A stretch of 64,000 bases of DNA from a bacterium (GCA_021787205.1 JAJYME010000007.1:10334-74333), one strand, 5' to 3'; shown: positions 8,833 through 18,891, numbered from the stretch's first letter. Numbers and translations: made by a program. The notes: generated from the letters alone by a model not told the origin.

Positions 8833-10068
8833 ATGCTTTTTATGAACGAGAACAAATCCTTAAAACTGAAGATAATCTTGGTGACCGTGTCCTGTTTGGC
8901 GGCGGTTTCCTTCCCTTTGGGATTCTATGCCGGAAGCCACACCGAGGCAGCGCAGATCAAGATCTTCTCAAACCTTATTAATACTACGAGCGAGGATTCA
9001 CAGACTGATTTCAATCTTTTCTGGGACGCTTGGAAATTGCTTCGCGAGAATTATCTGAGATCGGACCAGGTATCCGACCAGAAGATGGTCTATGGCGCCA
9101 TCCGCGGATTAGCCGAAGGGATGGGAGACAAATACACCACTTACTTCGATCCGGAGGAAGCCAAGCAGTTCAGCGAGACGATCAATGGAGAATTCGGAGG
9201 CATCGGAGCCGAGCTTGAATCCCAAAACGGCTATGTAATTGTCGTAGCGCCCTTAAAGGGCACGCCGGCAGAAGCGGTGGGAATGAAAGCGAAAGACGTC
9301 ATTGTCAAAATAGACGGCAAAGACGTGACCGGAGAGAACCTGAATGACGTCGTCAAAAATATCCGAGGAGAGGCCGGAAGCAAGGTCAAGATAACCGTGT
9401 TAAGAGAAGGTGTCGGCTCGCTTGACTTCAATATCACGAGAGCGATCATCAAAGTCCCGGCTATCAAATACGAAACGAAGGGCAACATCGGCTATATCAA
9501 GATCGCTTCATTCACCCCCAAGACAAGCGAGGAATTCGCAAAGGCCATCAGCGACCTCTTTGGAAACAAAAAAGTTTCAGGATTGGTAATCGATTTAAGA
9601 AATAACCCCGGAGGTTATCTCGACACGGCCGTAAAGTTGGCCGGATGGTTCTTACCTAAGAACTCATTGGTAGTTTCCGAAAGATATTCTTCCGGAAACT
9701 CAATCGAGCTTCGCTCCGACGGAATGGGAGTCTTAAAGAACGTGCCGACGGTAGTCTTGGTAAATAACGGCTCAGCTTCGGCTTCTGAAATCTTAGCCGG
9801 CGCATTGCATGATATAAACGGCACCAAACTTATCGGAGAAAAGACTTTTGGCAAAGGCACCGTCCAAGAACTCAAAGAGTTGTCGGACGGCTCAATGCTT
9901 AAGATTACGATTGCCAACTGGGTCACTCCGGGAGGGGTCATAATCGACAAGGAAGGCATCAAGCCGGATGTCGAAACGAAGAATCCTGAATCGAAAGACA
10001 ACAAAACCGAACCCAAGGATCTCCAACTCGAAAAAGCCGTGGAGATCGTCAAGGGAATGATCAAATAA
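8833..10068 (+). CDS. ctpA: C-terminal processing peptidase S41 with PDZ domain
   Basis: N-terminal TM, GIGAEL (PDZ), DLRNNPGG, SASASEI and TFGKGTVQ. Alternative start at 8842. Confidence 0.95.
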   Translation: MLFMNENKSLKLKIILVTVSCLAAVSFPLGFYAGSHTEAAQIKIFSNLINTTSEDSQTDFNLFWDAWKLLRENYLRSDQVSDQKMVYGAIRGLAEGMGDKYTTYFDPEEAKQFSETINGEFGGIGAELESQNGYVIVVAPLKGTPAEAVGMKAKDVIVKIDGKDVTGENLNDVVKNIRGEAGSKVKITVLREGVGSLDFNITRAIIKVPAIKYETKGNIGYIKIASFTPKTSEEFAKAISDLFGNKKVSGLVIDLRNNPGGYLDTAVKLAGWFLPKNSLVVSERYSSGNSIELRSDGMGVLKNVPTVVLVNNGSASASEILAGALHDINGTKLIGEKTFGKGTVQELKELSDGSMLKITIANWVTPGGVIIDKEGIKPDVETKNPESKDNKTEPKDLQLEKAVEIVKGMIK

Positions 10069-10069
10069 A

Positions 10070-10498
10070 ATGAAAGTCGTTTTAACAAAAGATGTAAAGA
10101 ACTTTGGCCGCCGCGGAGACATCAAGGAAGTCTCCGACGGTTATGCCAACAACTTTCTTTTTGCCAAAGGATACGCAGTGCCGGCTTCAAAAAGCGCGGT
10201 AACTAAGATCGGCGAAAAGAAGAACTCCGAAAATATCGAAGAGAAAAGATTCAAGGAGAAACTGAAGGCGATAGCCCAGAACATCCCGGAATTCAAGCTG
10301 AAGTCCGGAAATAAGGGAGAAGCCTTCGGATCGGTAAAACCGGAAGATATCGAAAAAGAAATAAAAAAAGCCGGAATTGAGAACCCAAAGGTAGAGATGC
10401 CCAAACCCATCAAAGAATTCGGCGAATTCGAAGTCGTTGTCGGCATCGGACGCGGAGTAAAGGATAAGATCAAGATCAAAGTTTCACCCTTGCAGTAA
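10070..10498 (+). CDS. rplI: 50S ribosomal protein bL9
   Basis: MKVVL.KDVK..G..GDIKEVSDGYA.NFL, FGSV and PIK..G. Confidence 0.96.
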   Translation: MKVVLTKDVKNFGRRGDIKEVSDGYANNFLFAKGYAVPASKSAVTKIGEKKNSENIEEKRFKEKLKAIAQNIPEFKLKSGNKGEAFGSVKPEDIEKEIKKAGIENPKVEMPKPIKEFGEFEVVVGIGRGVKDKIKIKVSPLQ

Positions 10499-10545
10499 AA
10501 AATGCCCTTTTGGGGCATTTTTATTTTTATAGTAAAATATGGCTT

Positions 10546-12054
10546 ATGGAGGCAATCGGCATTTCAATCAGCGAAAACTTAATATCGGTAATGACTGAAA
10601 AGGAGAAGGTGTTCACCTCCGCCATTGACGCTGCCGACAACTCGACAAAAACAATAAGGGAGAATCTGGAATCGGATAAGATAAAAGTATTTTACGATGC
10701 CAAACCGGTAATAAAAGAATTGATAAAGAACGGCTTCAAGGTAAACGGACCGATCTTTGACATTAAGATCGCAGAGAAGTTGATAAGCGGCGGAGAGGAT
10801 CAAGAAAAGGAGAAAGCGCCGACGGTCAAGGAGCTGATTTCTTTAAGGGAGAAACTGGTCAAAGAAATTACCAAGAATAACTTGGTCGAGGTATGCAAGC
10901 TGGAATTCGATTGCATTTTTGCCGTCGTCCAAATGGAGCTGAACGGGATAAAGCTTGATGCAAAGAAATGGCAGAAACTCTACGACAGATATCTGGCTGA
11001 ACAGAAAGACATCAATGAGGAGCTGCAAAAGGAATTCGGAATAGAAAATCTTAACCTTAACAGTCCCCAACAGATGCTCAAGGCGTTTGAAGGGCAGAAT
11101 ATATATCTCAAGAGCACCTCCCATCAAGAGCTCTCCGAATACAGGGGCAGCAATAAAGTCGTTGATAAGTTCCTAGAATATCGAAGGGTCACGAAAGCGA
11201 TCCAAAGTTTCCTGGCTCCCATCCCGCAATACCTTGACCCCGAGAACGGCCGGCTTCACCCAAGCTACAACCAGCTTGGAGCCTTGTCTGGAAGATTCTC
11301 TTGCGAAGGACCGAATATCCAGCAAATCCCGAGGGACGACGAGTTCCGCGAATGTTTTATTCCTGATAAGGGAAACAAGCTGATCATCGCCGATTATTCC
11401 CAAATAGAATTGCGAGTGGCGGCGGAAATCGCAAACGACGAGACGATGATCGAAGCCTACAAGAACGGAATCGATCTTCACTTGCTTACCGCCTCGATCG
11501 TTACCGGGAAGGAATTGAAAGACGTCACCAAGCAAGAAAGACAGGCAGCGAAGGCGATGAACTTCGGTCTCATCTATGGCATGGGCGCCAGGGGATTCCA
11601 GATATACGCCAAATCAACCTACGGGGTCGTCCTATCGCTTAAAGAGGCGGTGAACTTCAGAAACAAATTCTTTGACGCCTATAAGGGAATTGCCGAGTGG
11701 CATCAGAAGACAGACAAGATGATCAACGTCTTCGAGTATCGGACTTTGAGCGGAAGGAGGGTGATATTTGATACGCAGCCGGGAATCTCAACCCGATTGA
11801 ACGTCCCGGTGCAGGGAACGGCAGCCGATATTATCAAGAAGGCCTTGGGAGAGCTAGCCCAGAGAAGCGCTGAAAAGGGCTTCAGAATCCTCGCCACCGT
11901 CCATGATGAAATCTTGCTCGAATCGAGTGAAAAGACGGCGGATGAGTCCTCTCAGGAGCTTAAAAAGGCAATGGAGAAGGCAGGCGCTCACTATCTTAAA
12001 AAAGTCCCAGTTTTGGCTGACGCAAAAATCGCTGATTCCTGGGCAGAGAAGTAA
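10546..12054 (+). CDS. polA: Family A DNA polymerase without a 5'-3' exonuclease domain
   Basis: GRFS..PNIQQIPR, ADYSQIELR, KAMNFGLIYG, PVQGTAAD and VHDE motifs. About 500 aa. Start set at ATG 10546. Confidence 0.92.
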   Translation: MEAIGISISENLISVMTEKEKVFTSAIDAADNSTKTIRENLESDKIKVFYDAKPVIKELIKNGFKVNGPIFDIKIAEKLISGGEDQEKEKAPTVKELISLREKLVKEITKNNLVEVCKLEFDCIFAVVQMELNGIKLDAKKWQKLYDRYLAEQKDINEELQKEFGIENLNLNSPQQMLKAFEGQNIYLKSTSHQELSEYRGSNKVVDKFLEYRRVTKAIQSFLAPIPQYLDPENGRLHPSYNQLGALSGRFSCEGPNIQQIPRDDEFRECFIPDKGNKLIIADYSQIELRVAAEIANDETMIEAYKNGIDLHLLTASIVTGKELKDVTKQERQAAKAMNFGLIYGMGARGFQIYAKSTYGVVLSLKEAVNFRNKFFDAYKGIAEWHQKTDKMINVFEYRTLSGRRVIFDTQPGISTRLNVPVQGTAADIIKKALGELAQRSAEKGFRILATVHDEILLESSEKTADESSQELKKAMEKAGAHYLKKVPVLADAKIADSWAEK

Positions 12055-12137
12055 ATAAACTAAAATAAAATCGCCTTGCAAAAAAGGCGATTTTGTGGTA
12101 TTATAAGTCGTTTTTAATCTAAACAATAAAAAGTCCA

Positions 12138-13949
12138 ATGAGAGAGATAAGAAATATCGCAATAATCGCCCACGTAGACCACGGAAAAACTACATTGGTA
12201 GACGCTCTTTTGAAGCAGTCGGAAAACTTCAAACTCAAAGCTGATCAGGTTTCCGAACTGATCATGGATTCTAACGAGCTTGAAAGAGAAAGAGGCATCA
12301 CTATTTTTTCCAAGAATGCCTCAGTCGAATATAAGGGCATAAAAATTAATATAGTCGACACCCCGGGACACTCTGATTTCGGAGGTGAAGTCGAACGCAT
12401 CATGAGAATGGTCGATGGAGTCGCCTTATTGGTCGACGCCAAGGAGGGACCGATGCCTCAGACGAAATTCGTCTTGAGAAAAGCCATCGAAGCCGGAAAG
12501 AAAGTCATCCTCGTCATCAACAAGATCGACAAACCCGACGCTCGCGTCGAGTGGGTCTTGAACGCCGTTTATGACCTCTTCATCGATTTGGGAGCGACTG
12601 ACGAGCAGATAGAATTCCCCGTCATTTACGCTTCAGGAGTCCAAGGAAAGGCCGGGTTCGAGCCCGATCTCTCCAAGATGAAGAATGTCGAACCCGTCTT
12701 CCAAAAGATTGTCGAGTATTTGCCGGCACCGGAGGTAAACGTCGAAGCGCCCCTTCAGATGCTTGTCGCCAATACCCAATATGACAACTACAAAGGAAAG
12801 ATGGCTATCGGAAGAATCTATACGGGAAAGATCTCGGTAGGAGACCAGGTCGCTGTCTTTGACCATGACGGAAATATCAGAAAGAGAAACGTTTCCGGCG
12901 TCACTTTGTTCTCAGGCTTGGCCAAGGTTGATACCAAGACCGCCGAAGCTGGAGACATCGCCGCCATTTCCGGAATCGATGATATCTCAATCGGAGAAAC
13001 CATCGCCGATATCAATAATCCCGTCGCCTTGCCGCCGATCCATATCGACGAGCCGACGATCAAGATGACCTTCGGAGTCAATACGTCTCCATTTGCCGGA
13101 AAAGAAGGAGAATACACCACTTCCAGAAACATCAAAGAAAGATTGGAGAAAGAAACCGAAGCCGATGTCGCTTTGAAAGTTTCCAAGACCGATACGACCG
13201 ATAAATGGGTCGTTGCCGGACGCGGAGAATTGCATTTGGCGATCCTGATTGAAAAGATGAGGCGCGAAGGCTACGAATTCGAAGTCTCAAAGCCCCAGGT
13301 CATCATGAAGGAAGAGGATGGAAAGACCTTGGAACCGATCGAATTGTTATCCGTCGAAGTCCCGGAGGCTTTTTCCGGAACCGTCATCGAAATGGTCGGA
13401 AAGCGTTTGGGAGTAATGAAAGACATGGCAGTCGACTTCGGTCTCTGCAAGCTTGAATTTACCATTCCCACCAGAGGACTTATCGGTATCAGGAACGTCT
13501 TTATGACCGCCACCAAGGGACAAGGAATTATGAATACCTTGTTTATGGGATACGAAGAACTCAAGGGAGAAGTCAGATCGCGCGAACACGGTTCGATTAT
13601 CTGCACCGAAGCCGGAGAGACTAACAACTACGGTTTGGTTGCCGCCCAGGGCAGGGGAGAACTGTTCTACTCCGCCGGAGTTCCCGTCTATGAAGGTATG
13701 GTTGTCGGAGCCAACGCCAAAGAAGGCGACGTCCCCGTCAATGTCTGCCGTGAAAAGCAGTTAACCAACTTCCGCGCCAAGAACGAAGGATTGCAAGACC
13801 AACTTGAAGTCCCCAGAAAGATGACTCTCGAGGATTCTCTCGATTATATCTCTGACGACGAACTCGTTGAGATCACCCCGAAGTCAGTCCGCATCAGAAA
13901 GAAGTTCCTGACCGAAGTTGAAAGAAAAAGAGCCTCCAGAGGATTCTAA
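12138..13949 (+). CDS. typA: Translational GTPase TypA/BipA
   Basis: [31 protein letters not shown] and the C-terminal [14 protein letters not shown]. Confidence 0.98.
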   Translation: MREIRNIAIIAHVDHGKTTLVDALLKQSENFKLKADQVSELIMDSNELERERGITIFSKNASVEYKGIKINIVDTPGHSDFGGEVERIMRMVDGVALLVDAKEGPMPQTKFVLRKAIEAGKKVILVINKIDKPDARVEWVLNAVYDLFIDLGATDEQIEFPVIYASGVQGKAGFEPDLSKMKNVEPVFQKIVEYLPAPEVNVEAPLQMLVANTQYDNYKGKMAIGRIYTGKISVGDQVAVFDHDGNIRKRNVSGVTLFSGLAKVDTKTAEAGDIAAISGIDDISIGETIADINNPVALPPIHIDEPTIKMTFGVNTSPFAGKEGEYTTSRNIKERLEKETEADVALKVSKTDTTDKWVVAGRGELHLAILIEKMRREGYEFEVSKPQVIMKEEDGKTLEPIELLSVEVPEAFSGTVIEMVGKRLGVMKDMAVDFGLCKLEFTIPTRGLIGIRNVFMTATKGQGIMNTLFMGYEELKGEVRSREHGSIICTEAGETNNYGLVAAQGRGELFYSAGVPVYEGMVVGANAKEGDVPVNVCREKQLTNFRAKNEGLQDQLEVPRKMTLEDSLDYISDDELVEITPKSVRIRKKFLTEVERKRASRGF

Positions 13950-14089
13950 TCTTTCGGAAAAGAGAAGATTATCGGTCTCTTATAAGTGTCTCTGACATAT
14001 AAGACGCCCAGCTGGAAACCGAGGAGAAAGACCAGGATTCCGATAACAACAAGCACAATCTTATCTCTCTTATCAATTGACTTAAACAT
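13946..14089 (-). CDS. Small single-pass membrane protein, 47 aa ([47 protein letters not shown]), not in the ORF track
   Basis: Read by hand. Clean TM helix after a basic N-terminus, TATAAT 6 nt upstream of the ATG, and a stop overlapping the typA stop. Confidence 0.7.
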   Translation of the reverse strand: MFKSIDKRDKIVLVVIGILVFLLGFQLGVLYVRDTYKRPIIFSFPKD

Positions 14090-14182
14090 GGATTTATTAT
14101 AACATTAATCCGTTACTCATCTTTCACCGTATGGCTGTTGTAGCGGCCATACACCATTAATTTTTACAAGATAAAATAACAA

Positions 14183-14470
14183 ATGGCACATACAAAAGCC
14201 CTAGGCTCTACAAGACTCGGCCGTGATTCAGAATCAAAGCGCCTAGGGATTAAGAGAAATCACGGTCAATTCGTCAAAGCTGGAGAAATCATCATCCGCC
14301 AAAGAGGAACCAGATACCTTCCGGGTATGAACGTTCTTCGCGCCGGAGACGATACTCTCTTCGCAGGAAAAGACGGAGTCATTGAATTCTACAAACAAAA
14401 GAAAACTTGTTTCGATTCTTCGATCCGCAAGGTCACTTGCGTCAGAATCAAAGAGAAAGCCGCTAAATAA
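14183..14470 (+). CDS. rpmA: 50S ribosomal protein bL27
   Basis: [27 protein letters not shown] and DDTLFA motifs. Confidence 0.97.
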   Translation: MAHTKALGSTRLGRDSESKRLGIKRNHGQFVKAGEIIIRQRGTRYLPGMNVLRAGDDTLFAGKDGVIEFYKQKKTCFDSSIRKVTCVRIKEKAAK

Positions 14471-14521
14471 GCGGTTTTTTCTTTTGTCTGAAAATGGTAT
14501 GATTATGGCTGATTTACCACC

Positions 14522-15289
14522 ATGGAATACAAGAATCTGGAAGACTTTATCGCTCGCGCCGGACATATGAATGACGGAATATGGTACCCGAGAGTCACAA
14601 GCATCATTTCAATAAAATCCAAACCCGCCTTATACCGTTATTACGCTTCCATGCCAAGCTGGTTCCACGCCGAAAGGATAAAGAACAAATCGGCGGAGGA
14701 GGGAACTCTCATCCATGAGGCAGTCCAATCAGCGATGGTGGGGGAAGAATATGATAACCATACGGAAAACACCTTGGCCGCAGTCTTAGCTTATAAGCAA
14801 TTCAACGACCAACTGAATCTCATTTCCGAAAAAAACAAAATAGAATACAAGATCGTTAACCAACAAGAAAAATACGCCGGCACCATTGACGCCATTGTCA
14901 CTATCGGCGACAAGACCGGCGTCCTCGACATAAAGACCTCTCCCAGCGTTTACCGGGATTACAATCTTCAAACGGCGGCTTATATGGAATCGGCGAGAAA
15001 GGATTTCCCGGAAGTATCTACCCGTTGGATCCTGCTTATAAATACGAACCAGACTTGCGAATTGTGCGGATCAAATAGGAGAATCAAAGGCGGAAAGGAA
15101 ACTCTAAGCCTTAATACGAAGAATGACTATTCGATCAATTGCCTCCATAAGTGGTCAGCCCTCAAAGGCAACGTCCTTCTTAAGGAGTTAAAGGATTTCG
15201 AAATGGATTACGAAGCCTTCCTGGGAGCCAAAAAACTTTGGGAATGGGAGTATGCCGGCTATCTGAAAAAAATCGGCTATAAACAATAA
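14522..15289 (+). CDS. PD-(D/E)XK nuclease family protein (phage exonuclease-like)
   Basis: YPRVTSII, GTLIH, YAGTIDA, LDIKTS and QTAAY motifs. Confidence 0.8.
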   Translation: MEYKNLEDFIARAGHMNDGIWYPRVTSIISIKSKPALYRYYASMPSWFHAERIKNKSAEEGTLIHEAVQSAMVGEEYDNHTENTLAAVLAYKQFNDQLNLISEKNKIEYKIVNQQEKYAGTIDAIVTIGDKTGVLDIKTSPSVYRDYNLQTAAYMESARKDFPEVSTRWILLINTNQTCELCGSNRRIKGGKETLSLNTKNDYSINCLHKWSALKGNVLLKELKDFEMDYEAFLGAKKLWEWEYAGYLKKIGYKQ

Positions 15290-15324
15290 ACTCTTTTTGG
15301 TGTATAATTCATTCCAATACGCAA

Positions 15325-15408
15325 ATGGAAATATTCAATTGGATAATCAGAATATTGGCCTTAGGAGCCTTAATCGCCCTGATCATTTGGTACTTAAAGA
15401 ACAGATAA
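15325..15408 (+). CDS. Small hydrophobic peptide, 27 aa (MEIFNWIIRILALGALIALIIWYLKNR), not in the ORF track
   Basis: Read by hand. One TM helix with a basic tail, TATAAT at 15303-15308, and a stop 4 nt before the DedA start. Confidence 0.55.
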   Translation: MEIFNWIIRILALGALIALIIWYLKNR

Positions 15409-15412
15409 AAAA

Positions 15413-15991
15413 ATGCAATTTATAAACGTCGCCAGTTATCCTGCTATTTTTCTCGGAACGTTCGTGGACAGCGAAGTGACCATTTTTGCCCTTGTTGCCG
15501 CCGCCAAACACGGAGTAGTCAGTCTGCCAGTGGCCCTGGCAATTGTTTTTATTGCCGCCGCGATAAGCGATAACAGCTGGTTTGCCGTCGGGCGCCTGGC
15601 GAACCAAGACCTCTCGGAAAAGTTCTCAGGAGTAAAGAAGATAACGAACACCAGGCTTGGGCGCTTTGTCTCGAATCACGCCGGGTTCATCACAATCATC
15701 ATGAGATTCGCTTACGGCTTCCGCGGGATAATCCCGATCTCGGTCGGGTTTTCGGGAATGAAGCCGATCAAGTTCTTCATACTTAATCTCTTAAGCATCG
15801 CCGCATGGCTTACGACAGTCACTTATCTGTCGACAGTCTTCAATGCCAGATTCGATCCCTATTTGGAAAAGCTTCGTTATTTCGAAAAAGGATCAAGCTT
15901 GGCAATCCTGCTTGTTATCCTGATAGCCCTCGTGGCTTTGGGAATCAAAAAACAGAAAGCCCTTCTCTCAGGCAGAAAAAAGAACAAATGA
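15413..15991 (+). CDS. DedA/VTT family membrane protein
   Basis: LGTF.DSE, SDN.WF.VGR and RF.YGFR...P...G motifs. Confidence 0.88.
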   Translation: MQFINVASYPAIFLGTFVDSEVTIFALVAAAKHGVVSLPVALAIVFIAAAISDNSWFAVGRLANQDLSEKFSGVKKITNTRLGRFVSNHAGFITIIMRFAYGFRGIIPISVGFSGMKPIKFFILNLLSIAAWLTTVTYLSTVFNARFDPYLEKLRYFEKGSSLAILLVILIALVALGIKKQKALLSGRKKNK

Positions 15992-16758
15992 GTTTTATTT
16001 ATTATCCGGCCGCTGGAGCTTTGATTACCGCGCTCCTGGCCTACAATTTCAAAGTCGGCAATATCTTCAGAATCATCAACGCTTCCATCCCGGAATTACC
16101 GCGACCGAAAAAGAGCGACAGGATCCTGGTCTTCGCGCCGCATGAAGATGATGAAATGATCGCCGCCGGCGGATTAATCGCTGAAAGCATCAAAGCCGGA
16201 GCTTCAATAAGGGTGATTATCGTAACGGATGGAAACAAGTATGGAATGAAACGCTTCCGCTACAGAGAATCAGTGAACGCCGGGAAGATAATCGGTTTGT
16301 CGAAGGAGAAAATAACGTTTTGGAACTTCAAGGACGGACACTTGTTCAAAGAGGCGAATGAGATGATAAGAAGAATGGTGATCGAGATAAGCGCCTTCAA
16401 GCCAAGTATCATCGTCTTCCCATCACCGATAGATTATCACAGAGACCACAGCACCTTAGGAACGGCAATTTCGTCCTATCTGAAGGGAGAGTCCTGGAAG
16501 GGGACTAAGCTCCAATACCTGGTGCACTATCCGTCCTATCCTTATCAAAAATCGTATGAACCGAAAGCGGCATTGATGCCGCCCCTAGCCCTGTTTACCA
16601 AGGAGCATACCAAATGGAGGAAGTTCACACTATCAAAAGAAACGATGGCGGCGAAAGAGAAGGCGATAGACCGATATAAGACCCAGCTCGTCATGCCAGC
16701 CTTGGGGAAGCTCATCTATAGCTTCATAAGAAAGAACGAATTGTTTTATATGGACTGA
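15988..16758 (+). CDS. PIG-L/LmbE family N-acetylglucosamine deacetylase
   Basis: FAPHEDDE, VTDG, HRDH and Y.TQL motifs. Start at ATG 15988 overlaps the DedA stop. Confidence 0.9.
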   Translation: MSFIYYPAAGALITALLAYNFKVGNIFRIINASIPELPRPKKSDRILVFAPHEDDEMIAAGGLIAESIKAGASIRVIIVTDGNKYGMKRFRYRESVNAGKIIGLSKEKITFWNFKDGHLFKEANEMIRRMVIEISAFKPSIIVFPSPIDYHRDHSTLGTAISSYLKGESWKGTKLQYLVHYPSYPYQKSYEPKAALMPPLALFTKEHTKWRKFTLSKETMAAKEKAIDRYKTQLVMPALGKLIYSFIRKNELFYMD

Positions 16759-16770
16759 CGCAAAAACACA

Positions 16771-16798
16771 AAGGCAACCCTCACCGGGTTGTCTTTTT
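16771..16798. terminator. Bidirectional intrinsic terminator
   Basis: AAGGCAACCC-tcacc-GGGTTGTCTTTTT, with an A-rich tract on its 5' side. Confidence 0.75.
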
Positions 16799-16815
16799 AA
16801 GTAAAATAAACATTA

Positions 16816-17434
16816 ATCATTTTGCGACAGATAAAAAAGAGTCGCCAAAAATAAGCAAAGGATAAGACAGCTCTCGAGTACAACCAAGACCGATCTAAGC
16901 CTAAGTCATAGGAAGCGAGCGTCGGGGAGCGAGTCATCAAAGACCCTTAAACAAAAGCTTAAAATAACTATAGAGCCTGACCGGTGATTCCAATACTATG
17001 TGTCGTATAATGCACCTTTTACGACACATATACGTGGAAAAAGCCTGGTAGACTGGAGATGTTGCCTTAGAGGTCGGCTCTACTTGCCTCTAGAATGGCC
17101 TAAATCCCAAATGGACAGGTATTACCCTACAGCCCCCATTTCCAAAAAAGCCAATCATAATTTCCTCTATAAGGCTCATTTCGGTTTTATCGATCTTAGA
17201 GATATATATTGATACCCAGCAATCCGATTGCAACCGAATTTGGGTCTGGCGGCAATAATTTTTTTAATAAAATATTTTTCATAGAAAATGATTCCGAAAT
17301 GCTTGTCGTCATCCAAGCTCGACAGAAAGATGCGCAGCTGTCTGATTAGAGGCAGAACAACCTATCGAGAGAGCGGTGTCCCATACATAAAAATCAAGGC
17401 CTTCTCCCTCCCCTTTTATATGTCGCAAAATGAT
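16816..17434 (-). ncRNA. Candidate large (~620 nt) highly structured non-coding RNA of unrecognised family
   Basis: No credible ORF. Terminal inverted repeat matching at 20/21 bp (16816-16836 / 17414-17434). Many nested and crossing helices, with G-U wobbles favouring the minus strand. Confidence 0.6.
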
Positions 17435-17490
17435 ATATAACAAAAAACCTCTTTAACAATAGCGACAATTGTTTTAAACTTTAAGCTAAT

Positions 17491-18858
17491 ATGAATAAAT
17501 CTTTGTCAAAAACAAAAACCAAAGAGACGCCCAGTGAAGGCGCAGTTCATTTCATAGGTATCGGAGGCATCGGGATCTCTTCCCTAGCCCGCTGGTATAA
17601 GGCTCAAAATTGGGCCGTGACGGGATCCGATGCTGTTAGGAGCTCTGTTACCGACGATCTCAGGAGGGAGGGCGTGAAGGTCAAAATAGGCAGCAAGAAG
17701 ACAAACATCCCTAAAGAAGCCCAACTTGTAATCCATACGGTGGCCATCCCTCCGGAGAACGAAGAGTTAATCGAGGCCAGAAGCAGAGGCATAAGGGTCA
17801 TCACCTATCCGCAAGCCCTGGGAGAATTTACCGGAAGATACAAAACCATCGCCGTCTCCGGCTGTCATGGGAAATCAACCACGACCGCTTTGATAGCAAA
17901 AATCTTAATCGAAGCGAAACTTGATCCGACGGTAGTTGTCGGAACCAAAGTGGAGGGTTCCAATTTCAGATACGGCAAAGGAAAATATCTTGTCATCGAG
18001 GCCGATGAATACCGAGGAGCCTTTTGGAACTATCTCCCTTATGCGGCAATCATTAACAACATCGAATTGGATCATCTTGATTTCTATAAAGACATTGAGG
18101 ATATCAAGAAATCGTTTATCGAGTTTTCCCAAAACGTTTCCAAGGATGGGTTCATCGTCGTCAACGGCGATGACAAGAATGTTTCTGACGTCGTTTCAAA
18201 AATAAAAGATAAGAAGATCGTGACTTTCAGCGAGGCAGACAGCGCCGTGATTGAGAAAATAAAGAAAGTCATCAAGATTCCTGGACATCATAACGTCTTG
18301 AACGCCCTGGCGGCTTACAAGGTGGCCAAGGAACTCAAGATAAAAGAAGACGCGATCCTTAAGGCTATTGGCAAATTCAAAGGAGTCTGGCGTCGTTCGG
18401 AATACGTCGGAAAGACTAAGGAGGGATGGAAGGTATTTGATGATTACGCTCATCACCCGACGGCCGTCAAGGTGACCCTCGACGGATTCAAGGAGAAATA
18501 CCCTAAGGATTACCTCGTTGCCGTTTTCCAGCCGCACCAGATGCTCAGATTCACTTCCTTATACGAAGACTTCAAGACTTGCTTCGATTCGGCGGACAAG
18601 GGACTGCTCTTTGATGTTTATAATCCGGCTGGACGAGACGAGAAAAAAAGCAAGGTTAGCGCCAAGACCTTAGTCAAGGATCTGAATGTCATAGCCAAAG
18701 CGAGCAAACAAGCCCCTAAGGCAATATATGTGACCGCTCAAGATTTCAAGAAGACCATCAATGCGATCATTAAGGAATCCGGAAAGAAAAGCGGCATTAT
18801 CGTCGTCATGGGCGCCGGCGACATCAATAAGCTGACACCGAAAATATTAGTAAAATAA
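17491..18858 (+). CDS. murC: UDP-N-acetylmuramate--L-alanine ligase
   Basis: HFIGIGGIGISSLA, GCHGKSTTT, EADE, DDYAHHP and FQPH motifs. Confidence 0.96.
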   Translation: MNKSLSKTKTKETPSEGAVHFIGIGGIGISSLARWYKAQNWAVTGSDAVRSSVTDDLRREGVKVKIGSKKTNIPKEAQLVIHTVAIPPENEELIEARSRGIRVITYPQALGEFTGRYKTIAVSGCHGKSTTTALIAKILIEAKLDPTVVVGTKVEGSNFRYGKGKYLVIEADEYRGAFWNYLPYAAIINNIELDHLDFYKDIEDIKKSFIEFSQNVSKDGFIVVNGDDKNVSDVVSKIKDKKIVTFSEADSAVIEKIKKVIKIPGHHNVLNALAAYKVAKELKIKEDAILKAIGKFKGVWRRSEYVGKTKEGWKVFDDYAHHPTAVKVTLDGFKEKYPKDYLVAVFQPHQMLRFTSLYEDFKTCFDSADKGLLFDVYNPAGRDEKKSKVSAKTLVKDLNVIAKASKQAPKAIYVTAQDFKKTINAIIKESGKKSGIIVVMGAGDINKLTPKILVK

Positions 18859-18891
18859 TAAATACCGCCGAGAATATCGGCGGTATTTATA

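Noticed and set aside
13958-14071. Apparent long RNA stem-loop after typA
   Set aside because: The region is better explained by the minus-strand 47-aa membrane ORF, and the pairings are short and AT-rich.
14129-14152. Hairpin in the rpmA leader as a ribosomal-protein autoregulatory site
   Set aside because: It is a single simple hairpin with no recognisable motif, and cannot be supported without comparative data.
17000-17212. 70-aa ORF inside the structured intergenic element
   Set aside because: It has a GTG start without initiation signals, atypical composition and no motifs, and it lies across strong hairpins.
16816-17434. Identification as RNase P RNA, tmRNA or a complete IS element
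   Set aside because: GAGGAAAGUCC and the matching 3' P4 strand are absent, there are no tRNA-like ends, and there is no transposase or target-site duplication.
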